Of a stretch of DNA of 64,000 bases, positions 12,076 to 23,914 are shown in pieces. Position numbers and translations under genes: made by a program. Source of the stretch: Podarcis erhardii (lineage: Eukaryota); the NCBI GenBank assembly GCA_964252035.1, contig OZ176202.1. The stretch is one strand, 5' to 3'. Each line of letters starts with the position of its first letter. Position 1 is the first letter of the stretch. A model generated the notes under the pieces. That model saw only the letters and a list, made by a program, of their open reading frames with translations. It made no database searches and had not been told where the DNA came from.

Positions 12076-13470
12076 CTAAACATAAGCATTCATGATGCAA
12101 TTACAGAAGAAAAATTTAAAAAAAATATTTAAAAAATAACCCACCCTGCAGCATGAAAAGAATGCATTTAAGTTTGGAATTACCTTATAAGACAACATGC
12201 CATTGCACACTGTATCCAAGGTTTGTTCTATTTGCATGCCTGTAGTCCAAAAGCTGAATTCAGCGCTGATTGGATTTGCTTTTTGACAGCATGTGGTATT
12301 ATTAGCCTCTAAAGCCTGACAGGACAATTCTATTGCACTTGTATGGGCCATATTACTTTCCTCAGTTTCATGCAAAATCACATATTTTACTAAGTCCGTT
12401 TCACTAGCATGTAAAGCTGCATCATCATCATAAATATCTATATCCTGAGTTGCAATATCCAGGAGGTCCTTTTCAATCATCCTGTCTTGGGTGTCTAATG
12501 GCTCATTAACTTTAGCGCTGTTCCTCACTTCCTCTTTGTCTAAAGTGAAATCATGTTCCCTCTCACCATCCAGGAGCCATTGGGGATGTGCTAAGAGGTC
12601 TTCTTTCAAATATGTCAGTGGACTGCAACGTCCATCTCCTTCCCCTTGGTTGCCCTCATAGTTCCAGAAAGGGTCTTGCTCTATATGTGAAGCATTCTGC
12701 AATTTTACTTGACAGTGTCCACTGGTAGGGGCACTTCTGGAGGTAAGCAATGAAATTTGATGTTCACTACTAGAAATGATAGGAGAAAATGATCCAAATT
12801 TACCTACAAACTGATTATCGTCTATGGAAGATATGCTCCTAAATTGAGTTTGTTCCCCTTCTAGCACATCTTGTTTTTCTTCTCTTTCTGCTGGAGGACT
12901 GCACAGACCAGAGTCGTCTTCTTCGGAAGTTAGAGAACTAGTCCCACATTTGACCTGGCCTGTTGCTGCTAAGTCGGACACATCAACAGTCCCAGCAAGT
13001 GAACACTCACTTTTATTTGCATAGTCTGCAAAGTTTGGTGGAACAAGCATCCTCCAGGATCTCCTATGTTCTTTCTTTTCTGTGTGATACTTTGCTTTGG
13101 GCAAGCCAGCTGTTCGAATGATGTCACTGTTCAGCTTAAGGGCATCAAAGATCATTTTTTCATCTAGCTTATTGGCTTCCCGTCCTCTGAGTTCAAAGAC
13201 ACTAGAAGAGGAGAGGGCACCATTGGAGCACAATGTACTAAGGTCCAGTGTTCTATGACTATACGGCAAAGTCCGATCTGAGAAATGCCTGGAGGAGAGG
13301 CTGCCTTTAGAACCTGAGTCAATCTGTTCATTCAGCCGCACTGTGTCATAGATTGACCTCTGGGGAACATAACAGTCCTCAATATTTATATCCTCTTCTT
13401 CTTCATCACCTTTTCCTACACAAGGAGGATTCTGGCGTAAACAGTCTGGCCTGCTCAGCGGCTTCCCCAT
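12076..13470 (-). CDS. KIAA0754-like ORF nested in the DST intron (464 aa if unspliced; 429 codons if spliced at the donor after 12184); probable alternative first coding exon
   Basis: ATG at 13470 in strong Kozak context (gaaATGG) with an in-frame TAA at 13513-13515 upstream. The first ~150 aa carry the motifs MGKPLSRPDCLR, EDCYVPQRSIYDT, KLDEKMIFDALKL and RRSW, which I recall from the N-terminus of KIAA0754 nested in MACF1. Confidence 0.82.
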   Translation of the reverse strand: MGKPLSRPDCLRQNPPCVGKGDEEEEDINIEDCYVPQRSIYDTVRLNEQIDSGSKGSLSSRHFSDRTLPYSHRTLDLSTLCSNGALSSSSVFELRGREANKLDEKMIFDALKLNSDIIRTAGLPKAKYHTEKKEHRRSWRMLVPPNFADYANKSECSLAGTVDVSDLAATGQVKCGTSSLTSEEDDSGLCSPPAEREEKQDVLEGEQTQFRSISSIDDNQFVGKFGSFSPIISSSEHQISLLTSRSAPTSGHCQVKLQNASHIEQDPFWNYEGNQGEGDGRCSPLTYLKEDLLAHPQWLLDGEREHDFTLDKEEVRNSAKVNEPLDTQDRMIEKDLLDIATQDIDIYDDDAALHASETDLVKYVILHETEESNMAHTSAIELSCQALEANNTTCCQKANPISAEFSFWTTGMQIEQTLDTVCNGMLSYKVIPNLNAFFSCCRVGYFLNIFFKFFFCNCIMNAYV

Positions 13471-13989
13471 TTCTGCAGGAATTAACAGGTCTAGCACTGC
13501 TGCTAGGCTATCTTATTGGAGACACGCAACACACATAAAGTAAAAATTAAAATAAAGTAATAGAAAAGCAGTTTTTAAAAAGTACAGTAAACTTGCCCTC
13601 AGCAGAAAGATGCTTACATACTAAAACACAGGAAATAATTTATGAGGCGGTTAAGGTCGTAATCAGTGCATCTGTGTAAGTTTACCTGGCTGTGATTTAA
13701 AACATTTCTCCCCCTGCCCCTAAAATATAAAGTGCTTGAGCTTAAGGGGGTGGGGAGAGGGGAAACAAAAAACCCCCACACCTTTTAATATTTTAAAATA
13801 CTAACTCAATGCACAAAGACATCAACAAAATGTACAAACCCCCAAACCTCAGGAAAATCTTTAAGTGGCTCAAAAGACTCAGAACTTCCCACATAGCATT
13901 CCATTTCAATTTTTAGGTCAAAATGTGTGTCTTAAATCTCCAGATTAAGTCTTCAAAATGAATCAGCATTATAGCAGGCAGCACGCTAT

Positions 13990-14900
13990 ATTCAGGAGGT
14001 GACAGATTAACTGTAATCCATTTAAATGGCTTGCAGAATTCCATCTCCTTTATAAATAAGCCATGTTGTGGACGCTTTTGAAGAAAAACAAACCAGAAGA
14101 GCTGTGGACTGTGGAGACCAAGGCACAGAGAAAGGCTTCAGGAAAAACAAAGGTATATCCAGAGTTGTAATAATAATAATAATAATAATAAAAGAAGAAG
14201 CTTTCTCCCCCTTTTTTGGCAGCAGCTATAAATAACCTCGATTCAAAAGGCAGTTTATTCCTTGCTTCCTTAAAGCTTCTCTGTGGCGCGTTCAGAAGTT
14301 CCATGGGAAACACAACAGTTTTCTGAGGAGCCAGACCAATGAAATAATAATACAAAAAAGCAACGGAACAGAATTAGTAGAAAAAGAAACTTTCCCCCCA
14401 GTTTCACTCGCAGAACACATTCCTTGAAAGTTGTTGTCCTGTTTTAAGGCAACACAGCAGGAAACTAGAGCGTTTCTTCCTCCACTCCGGCACAAAGGCA
14501 CAACAGATTCACATTCTGTTTAAATTCAGCAGGACTTTTTTTCTTTTTTTTTCTTTTTTTGCATAAACGGTGGCTAAAAGAGCGTGGTCACTGTTTTCAT
14601 CTCCGTCTTGAAGCGCAGCTGTAGCGAAGAAGGCATTAAAAAGAGCTCACAACAATAAACGCTCACATGTCCTGCCCAGCGCAGCTGATAAGCTTTCCGG
14701 CTCTCCCTGGTTTCTTATGGTCTGACAGGCATCCCTCCCAATAGTGAGCTTAAAAGAAACGCCCTTTGCTATTCTTTAGGCAACATCTGCTCCTATCGCA
14801 TTCGTTCCCTGAGTATTATTCCAACCGAGCATTAGGAGGTGCCTGACCTCTTAGCTCTTCCCCCTTACGCTTCCTGCCCCACATGACTTTACTTAGCCAT
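13990..14900 (-). promoter_or_regulatory. Candidate internal promoter / 5' region for the nested KIAA0754-like exon
   Basis: About 20 CpGs counted by eye in 14280-14880, well above the flanks; two GCGCAGCTG E-box motifs (14613, 14679); TATA/MEF2-like TTATTTATAAAGG on the minus strand at 14047-14059. Confidence 0.35.
14166..14191. repeat. (TAA)n microsatellite
   Basis: Directly visible. Confidence 0.9.
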
Positions 14901-17900
14901 CTTTCACTTTTACTGTTTGTCTTGTCTCTGAACGAGGCTGAGCCTTTTCAGGGGGAGGTGCACAAAGGAGCAAGTTCCTGTCTGCAGCACTCCTGCATAT
15001 CGGAGTCTGTGCTCTGTAATTCTGGAGGAAAAGAGGGTGGGTGGGTGGTGGCTCACAAGCAGAATGGAAAAACCGGTGCTAATTAGTTCAAAATGTCAAA
15101 AATTTAGTACATATTGCTTAACCGGGTAACCTGACACCATACAAATAGGGACCAGACTACCCAGGACCCTTCTAAAACACTGACAAACTGCACTTTTTCT
15201 GCTTCATAACAAAAATAATAATCCAGTACTTACAAATCATGCAGATTAACAGGAATCTGAATATAGTGGATGGTCACTTTTAATGGTATGTAGCATTTTA
15301 AACTAAACTAACCAGCTGTATAATAAGAATTCAATCAAATTGAATTACTTTCCACCATCACCATAAATCAATTTTAATTAACAGCCAGATCTTACTTCTT
15401 AGCAAGCCCCATGAAAAATCTCCATAGGATTGCATCCTTCACTCTATATTTGTAACACATGTACATTATATTCTATAATTAGGGATTTAGCCAGCAAATT
15501 GGTCTCTCTGAATGACTACAGAATGCATTCTTCATTCACAATCCAGTTAATCCAATGAAAAGGGATTTGCTTGATATTTTTTTACACTTCCTAGCTCTCA
15601 GACAACTGCAAATCCTAACATGCAAAGAAGTGCTGCAACTTTTCAGAAATTTCACCCAGTACTCCTAAAAACCGCACTCTATTGAGGTAATAGCATGAGT
15701 GGTTTTACTTATTTGTTTCTGGATCTCTTTAGATGGAAGGCATATTATATTTTTAATAAAATAAATAGCTAAAGCACTGAAGAGAGTAAAAATAATACAG
15801 AGCAAGGAGAGCAGCTCATTTCTTAAAGCTGGTGTATTGTTAATTTATTTGCCATATGTATACCAGCATATCTACATATAAAAATGCCCACGTTGTTAAC
15901 AACCATCATGTCCCACTAAAAAGACAATGTTTCATACCACAAGATGCAGTCACAACAAACCATATACAAAAACTACAGCAGAAAAGGATCCACTCCCTTG
16001 GGAAGGCAGCACTATAAGAAGGGATAGTTGAAGATAGGAATGAAGTTTCTGACAGTCCACTGTCATACATATTCACTACTCCAAACTAAATCTTATTGTG
16101 TGCCACGAAGGATATTCCCAAATAAAGTGCAGCAAGTGTTTTCAAAGCAGTGGCCCTGGATGGGGGGCAGGAGACACTATCTGGGCTCTGCTTCAAGCAG
16201 CAAAATGGGTCAGTACTGGAATGACAATGAACCTTAAGACCCTCCTTTGAAGGAAGTCTGTCACTCCCAACCCAGAATGTATTTATAGTCAGCTGAGCAT
16301 GGATTTGTTGAACAGGCACTGTACATGTCCAAGGCAGCACCTGAACACGCAGCTACTCCTTCCATTTAAAAGAATGGGGAAGACCATCTGTAAAGGAGCT
16401 CCATGTGAGCATTAGAATATACAGAGGGCTCTGGACAAAGGATAAGGTCTGTATGCAGGTAGCCACCCCAAATGTATGTTGAGTTTTTTCTTTAATGTAG
16501 TGATAATAAATTATTATTCTTTTTTAATTTTATATTTAAGCTGCAAAACAGATGCAAATATTGAAGTTGATGCAGCAACAAAATATAATTTTACTTTTGA
16601 AGGCGCCTGTGAAGAAACCACATACTTCAGGGAAGACTTAACACATTGCACTGATTCAATCAACAAGGTAAGAGGCCACCATCTACGACACCAACCTAAA
16701 CCAATTTAAATATTAGTTCAAGCTCATCAACTGGAATATTCATCCAGGCCCAGAGCTCCTATGAAGCGCAATTAGAAGGAACCTCTTGACATATATCTGA
16801 ACACTGGAAATATACTGAAACGACCCTTTCCGCATCTAGTAATGGTCTAAATGGGGGAGGGGATTTAATGAGCCATTCAGTGATAGAAACTGACATAAAT
16901 TCCATGTGCTTTAATAAATAAAAGAATAAATAAAGAGTGTAGCAGGTTTATGGCTGAAATATTTTGCAGACATTTCAAGGATTGTAATTACGTGGCAGAG
17001 ATTGAATGCTGCGTCCCCACAACCCCACCCTAGCATGAAGTAGCTCATTAAAATGTTCAGCAAAATACAAACTAAACAAGGGCTTTTGTTTTTCAGGATC
17101 ATCTTAGCTGGTTGGCTCTTTGTGAGGAAACGGGCATGGTGTAACCCAAGTAAAGCAAGTTCATCTGCTGAATTTTTCTTTTGCCCACGTTCATTCAATG
17201 CGTACTTTCTTTAAAGCACAAAGGTCTACAATAAAACTGAATGAAAGTGAGAGAATGAAAGAGAAACACCATGAAATACAATATGCCAGCTACTGTAAGT
17301 AACTGAAAATGTAGCTTTGATTGGAAACACTGGAAGATTTGTTCTTGGGTAGGATTTCTGAATACAAAACAAAATCCTCTTTTCTTTATGTAAATACCGA
17401 TAGATAAGATATAAGAACTACAAGCAGACAATCTTCTTCTCAGCTACCCAAAAGCAATACTCGTTAAAAGTGGACTGACTACTGTTAATTGTAAAAATAT
17501 ATGCTTATGGACCACCGTTCTTGGTAATGATTTCAAAGCAGAGTCACTAGTCGCAATTCCAATTTGCTATTCCCTTCCTCCAATGAGCTTGGGACTACCA
17601 CTTGACCTTTATTACTTTACTATTACTTAGTGGTCTGCTTTGCACGTCATGTTGTATATTCGTTTGTTTATTTCACAACATTTATATACCACTGATCATA
17701 ATAAAACCTCAGAGCGGTTTACAAAAAGAATAAACCAGTAACAATAACAGTAAAAAAAAAATCACTAAAAACAAGTATTTATAACATTCAAAACAAGTAA
17801 AAACATCAATAAGCTAAAACTGGGTCCAGGCACTGTTCCAAGGCATGCACAACTGCTCCTAATTCAGATGTTATGGCTGAGTGACACCAGCATACTTATG

Positions 17901-18799
17901 GTACCTGGCCGCAAAACTTCTAATGGCAACTCCCAGTCAGGAAATTGTTGCTACCAATCTAAACTATACCAGGAAATGATCGGACCATGACAAAGCAGTG
18001 CACTTCCACACCCAACCTCAGTCCATCCCTCAGGTCATTTGGGGCAAAGACTACCATCAAGGGTGTCTCCGTTGGACCAATGACCATTTGAGAGAGCTGC
18101 ATGGTTGTAATGAAGGCCTTAAGTCTTGAGTTCAGCCAATACAGTGGCAGCCTCTAATGGATATTGAAGTAGTCCAGAGACTACCTTGACTAGCTTGATC
18201 AAGCATGCTGCTGGGCAACAGGGTAGTTGATAGACCAGCAGCATCCCCAGTCTGCTTCTTTGGCCAAGCACCAGGTACAGACCCTCTGATAGCGTGTCCC
18301 AGGAGATGGTGCATTTATGGACAACAGCAATACACATACCCTCAACCCCTCACTGGAGACTACTGCTAAAACAAGGAATGGAGACCAAAAAGCTAGGTCT
18401 CTGCCTCAAATGGTGGTCGTCCACAGGAAACACCTTGGTTACAGATCATGATTATGCTGGAGAGAGACATGCCACAAGCCCAAATTAAGATGACAGGCTA
18501 AGTCAAACCATGGTTTAGCTCAGTCTGGTGCAGCAGCAAAAAAAATGTGGAGCAGCAAGATGACCATTATCTCCTCTCCGGGAGCTGCACACTTGCACTA
18601 AGACGTGGTTTGTCTTAGTGTGGCGTGAAAACCAGGTCACTGTCTGAAAGAAGCCCGCACTTTTGTGGTTGACTGTTGGCTTATTAATGGATAAAGTGGA
18701 TAATGTGAACCACTTTTCATATTCTTATTTGTAAATGAAGCATGGTTTAAAACTCATTTAAATATATAAAAATAGATAATACAGATTATTAGGAATGAT

Positions 18800-18826
18800 A
18801 TAATTAATTAATTAATTAATTAATTA
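18800..18826. repeat. (TAAT)n microsatellite
   Basis: Directly visible. Confidence 0.9.
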
Positions 18827-19049
18827 AACAAACGCCCTATACCCACAGGTCTCAGGGATAAAATCACAATATAAAAACACAAAATACATAATCAAAATAA
18901 ACACAAGAACAACCCAATAACCCCCCCAAAAAAATAATCAGAGAGGGAAAACAAAATTTAAAACACACAGTATTTGTAATAAAACATATAAAAATACCCA
19001 TCAGGTATCGTTAAGGAGTAGATTAAAAGATCAATTTAGCTATCTTTCA

Positions 19050-19370
19050 AATCAAAACATTTTAGCCCTTGGTCCCCCCCCCCATTGTAACCATTCATAG
19101 AATGGTTCATAGAAATAATAATACAAAGCTCTGTTTTTCTTCTTTTTGCAAACATAGGTGCATATCTTCAAGAAATAGAGAGGTCCTTCTGAAAGGAGCT
19201 TCAGAAGTGTGCTAGTAAACCCATTCAAGTTGCCCTCACATAACCTGAATCGGATGCTAAAGACAAAGAAAGAGACTAATCTATGTAGTCCAACAACAGG
19301 GATTTGTGAAGCTCTGTGTGCAACTGTTGCCAAAATGCATTGTTGCATGGGATGAACACATTCTGCCAAG
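19050..19370 (-). mobile_element. Possible degraded L1-type LINE 3' end
   Basis: Translation ends YEPFYEWL, similar to the W.PF..YL C-terminus of non-mammalian L1 ORF2; weak. Confidence 0.4.
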
Positions 19371-19574
19371 CAAATTGGATCCAGACTGAGTCGTGCTTAC
19401 GAGTAGATCCATTGAAATCAACAGGGCTTTAGAACTGATTTAAGTCCCGTTCATTTCCAGTGGGTCTACTCTAAGCATGACTAAGTGAATACAACCCAAA
19501 GATGTTCTAGATAAAATGTACATGGAATGAACATGCTGAGTGTTTTCATAAATAAACAAATAAATCAGAGTGTC

Positions 19575-19770
19575 ATGCTAGGCCATGGGAGAACAAGCTT
19601 CAAATCCCCACTTGGTCATGAAGCTCACTGGGTGACCTTGGGCTAGTCACCAGTTCTCAGGCTAGCCTACAGGGCTGTTGTGAGGGTAATGGAGGGGGGG
19701 GAGCTTTATGCTGCCTTGATCTCTTTGGAGGCAAGGTGGGATATACAATGTAATAAATAATAAATAAATA
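19575..19770 (+). mobile_element. Old MIR/CORE-like SINE (related copies at ~2045-2170 (-), 47590-47810 (+), 57680-57860 (+))
   Basis: ttcaaatccccacttggtcatgaagctcactgggtgaccttgggctagtcac core and an (AATA)n tail. Confidence 0.6.
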
Positions 19771-19787
19771 TACAGTACCCCAATACA

Positions 19788-20148
19788 GGGGATGCGGGTG
19801 GCACTGTGGGTTAAACCACAGAGCCTAGGACTTGCCGATCAGAAGGTCGGCGGTTCGAATCCCCGTGACGGGGTGAGCTCCCATTGCTTGGTCCCTGCTC
19901 CTGCCAACTTAGTAGTTCGAAAGCACGTCAAAAATGCAAGTAGATAAATAGGTACCACTCCGGTGGGAAGGTAAACGGTGTTTCTGTGCACTGCTCTGGT
20001 TCGTCAGAAACAGCTTAGTCATGCTGGCCACATGTCCCGGAAGCTGTACGCTGGCTCCCTCGGCCAATAAAGCGAGATGAGCGCCGCAACCCCAGAGTTG
20101 GCCACAACTGGACCTAATGGTCAGGGGTCCCTTTACCTTTACCTTTAT
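19788..20148 (+). mobile_element. Sauria SINE, full length
   Basis: tRNA-like head with B box GGTTCGAATCC, (ACCTTT)n tail, 9-bp target-site duplication CCCAATACA at 19779-19787 and 20149-20157. Confidence 0.92.
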
Positions 20149-21499
20149 CCCAATACACACACACGTATTGAAACACCAGTTCTCCAAGTCAGAAGTTCCC
20201 AAAACACAATCAGACACAGAAAGAGCTTGTTGCAGTCTAAACCCAAAAAGTGCAGCGTTTACTTGCAACATTAAGAAAAAATTTTGAAAACTGTCAGAGA
20301 GAAAGAAGGCTTATCTTAACACAAAGTGGATTTATTTTAATTAAATTCATAGTTTTATTTTTAAAAGAACATGTAAAAACACAAGCTCTAAGACCCTTAA
20401 CACCATCTGAAAAATTATTAAGCACAATGGGTAGAGGGGAGAAAGGATTAGTTTCTAAACTGTACTCTACGTTGCTCAATGTAACTTATGGATCTATGTC
20501 ACCCCTTAACAAGATATGGGAACTGGATATTGGCACACAAATTATTCCCAAGGACTGGAATAAAACCTGGGCATCATGACCCTAAAAATCTGTTTCTGTT
20601 TTCCTTAGGGAAAACTTTAAAATGTTATACAGATGGTGTTGCAAGCCTTTGCAAATGTCAAAAATATTTTATTCTATATCACCTGACTGTTAGAGGGTTT
20701 GCAATAAACTTGGCACATATTATCATTTATAACGGGAATGTCAGTTGGTGCAAAATTTAATTTAATTTTGAGAGAAATGATAAATATCACTAAAGAAAAT
20801 ATTGTTTGTTGTCCAAAATTAATGTTACTGAATATTTTTGATGATACCAATGTAAATATATATTGTCAAAAGAACTAGTCTTATATATGATCTTGACAGC
20901 ATGAATAGTAACTGCAACTCAAGAGAAAACAGCCCAAATCTTACACTTTTGATATGATTTGGCATTGCTTTATGACATATACCGCGGCACCATAATTTTC
21001 AAGACAACCTTTGTCACGTGCCTGGCAAATCTGCAACTATAGATGATCTGGTAAAGTTGAAAGTCTTTACTTTGTTATTTTAACTCATTCTACATTCCTA
21101 TTTTATAGTTTTGTTTTTCATATTTTATTTTTTGTCTCTTGTTCTAACTTCCATATACATTATAAAATGAAGTAATAATTACAAACTTTACCCAAAGAGG
21201 TAACATAATTGTTCCAATTCTTACTGCAAATTACAAAAAGAAAGCCTGAACAGGCCAGTAGATTGCATAGACTACAGCTCCTCAGGGATATCATTGATCC
21301 CCTTTCAAGGATGTGGTGGAGAAAGACAGGGGAAATTCTCAAACGTCTGCTCATCCCATATTTATCTGGGGGATACCTTGCATTGTTATATGGCAAGGAA
21401 AGCCATAAAAGAAAAGAAAGGCAGTAAAACAATATAGAAAAACAAATGGTAGTAGCACAACCACTATCATCACAGTAGCAGAGAGATCTGCTAAGAGCC

Positions 21500-21700
21500 A
21501 TCACAGGGTTTGCAAAAGAGCTCTTAAAGAGCTTGTGAAATGTACGCAATGGTGGGTCCAGACATGCTTTCCTGGGGAGGGCAGTCCAGAGCACTGGTGC
21601 CGTAACTGATATTGCCCTGTTCATTGTTCTCACCCACTGCATATCTGCTGTTGGGGAAATGCAAAGCAAGACCTCTGACGTTGCTTGGTCACACTGAAGG
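21500..21700 (-). mobile_element. Old L2 LINE ORF2 3' remnant
   Basis: Translation RAISVTAPVLWTALPRKACLDPPLRTFHKLFKSSF matches the L2 C-terminal pattern RAFS.AAP.LWN.LP......S...F...LKT. Confidence 0.7.
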
Positions 21701-22957
21701 AAATACATAGGAAAAAGCAATCCTTTAAGTACTTTTTATGACTTTCAAGTTTAAAAAACCCATCTTGGAAGCAAGTGTACCTTAAAAAGTGGTTTCTTCC
21801 ACTGCCCACTGTTATATCTCTTCAGGTCCTATTGTCTGATAACCTGAAAGAGGGCTTTTTCATCAGGGGAGCCCTATCTTTGGCTCAGAAGGGCTCCTTC
21901 TGTTATTTTTTGTATGCCAGGTAAATGATGTCTCATTTGCTCAGGCCTTTATATGCCTTTATTCTACTGATTCTGGTGTTGAGCAGGCAAGAGGACCTAG
22001 TGTTGTGCTTCCCTTCTGTGCCATCTTAGGAAATGAAAGTTCATTATGGCATAGAAGTTAACACCTAGTGCCCAAAGCAGGGTTGTTTTTTTGCTTTCAG
22101 CCACTGAGTTTATCTTAGGCACACTGGATATTAAAATAAATTCTGCCAGACAGCTTTCTTGGATGAGGGCCGGGGTTACAAGACAGAAACCAGAACTATG
22201 CTTCAGCAGAACAAATGCACAGCCAGTGGCCTGTTGCCCTTGCCTTAGCTCACCTCCACACTTCTTTGTTTTGCCCTGACTGATTGATCAGTACTTTTCT
22301 TGATCCTGGGAACCATGTTTGGATGAAACCTCTTGACTGCATAATGCCTGGCATGATCCCAGGTCATGACTCTTGGGACAACCCCCAGGAATGAAAGCTA
22401 ATCTCAGCCTTTTTGGACCTCGCCCAGGACTCTGCTTGACCTCACCTTCACTCTGTCACAGGAGGGCTGGCTCTTCATATGGTGCACATAGTAAATGAAA
22501 TAAATATCTGCTGCTAATACATATATAAGCACCAGCTGTCAGAGAAGACAGTTGAATTGCAGCTTCTTCAGTTCCTCTCCCCATTGTCTTTTATTTGGAA
22601 TTGTTTGATATAAACACACTACTCAGAGCAGGATCTATTTCTTCCTGCATGCCTGTGCAATGCCTCTGGGGCGTGGGATGCTGGAGGCTGTGTTCATTGT
22701 GCTTTGTCTTGCTCTCTGGGAAAGATTATGGCTATATTCTGAAAGGGTGTGGAGGTGGGGAAAGTTCAGGGCTGCTTCTGCCCTCATTCTATCCCATCAT
22801 TCAGCAATCTGTTCATTGAGAAGGCTCTCTTGCCACAGAAGCGCTGAGCTTCCTCAGCCGGGCAGTATAGTAACAATGGGAAGCAAAGGAAATATAAAGA
22901 TTCTTAAAGAATCCCAACTTTTTTAGTAAATTGAACTGTGTTAGTTAAGCTCTAGGG

Positions 22958-23093
22958 CAGTGTTTCCCAAACTTGGGTCTCTAGCTGTTGTTGGACTATA
23001 GTTCCCATCATCTCTAGCTAGCAGGATTGGTGGTCAGGGATGATAGGAATTGTAGTTTAACAATAGCTGGAGATCCAAGTTTGGGAAGCCTTG
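22958..23093. mobile_element. hAT (Charlie-like) MITE
   Basis: TIRs cagtgtttcccaaact / agtttgggaagccttg; 8-bp TSD ctctaggg / ctctagaa. Confidence 0.8.
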
Positions 23094-23914
23094 CTCTAGA
23101 ATAACAAAAGCTGCAGTTGACAACCCTTCTGCGTGCTTGAATGGAACCATGATTTAGTCTATTTGCACCCAGCCAGTTTTAAAATTACCATTAATAATGT
23201 CAGCTGTGGGAGAGGAGAGGAGAGGAGAACACAAGAAGCTCAGCTTTGCTGGAGATCTTCAAAGCAAAATGCAGGACATTCTGTTTTAAAACAACTTAAG
23301 AATGCTTCTCTAATAACTTTTGACCAAAGAGAAGACCATCTTCTCAGTTTCTAAATTGCTTCATGAGAACACTGAGCTGAGAACACTTCATACAACTTCA
23401 GACCACAACCCTCAAATTACTTGTAAATTCCAAGGACCCCCAAACCAAAGGAGCATGTGATATCACTTCCTGTTGGACAACTTAAGTCTTATTCATTACA
23501 AGGCAAATAAAAATGTTATGATGTAACTATTTTGCAGCAATTATGTTTATCCGTTGAAATTAGAGGAAGCATTTGAATTCATAAACAAACAAACAAACAA
23601 AACTTGCTTATTAATAAAGCTTTAGATCTCAAGACGGGAATGCATTGGGTGGGATGTATGTTATGTTAGATCTCACTCGTCTTAAAATAGGCAAAAAGCA
23701 CCCTCTGTTGGGAAACATGAAAAATGACTTTGAACGCAATTCTTAAGAAACTGACTGGCTTACAACACATGATCTATAAGCTGAAAAAGGAAGGCCAACC
23801 CAATCACTTTTCCTTGGGGGTCTAGACTACTAAGGAGCTCGCGTCACAATATTCTTACAGTTAGTTTTCATTTTACAATACAGAATTCTAAAAACTCAGA
23901 AAGGTCCTTCTTAC

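Noticed and set aside
13471-13497. ORF-track start at 13497 (MLDLLIPAE extension of the nested ORF)
   Set aside because: That codon is GTG. The first ATG is at 13470, in strong Kozak context, and matches the recalled KIAA0754 start MGKPLS.
21160-21720. 186-aa minus-strand ORF in the large intron as a second nested gene
   Set aside because: Contains an L2 ORF2 C-terminal remnant plus T-rich filler; it starts at a non-ATG codon and I saw no supporting splice logic
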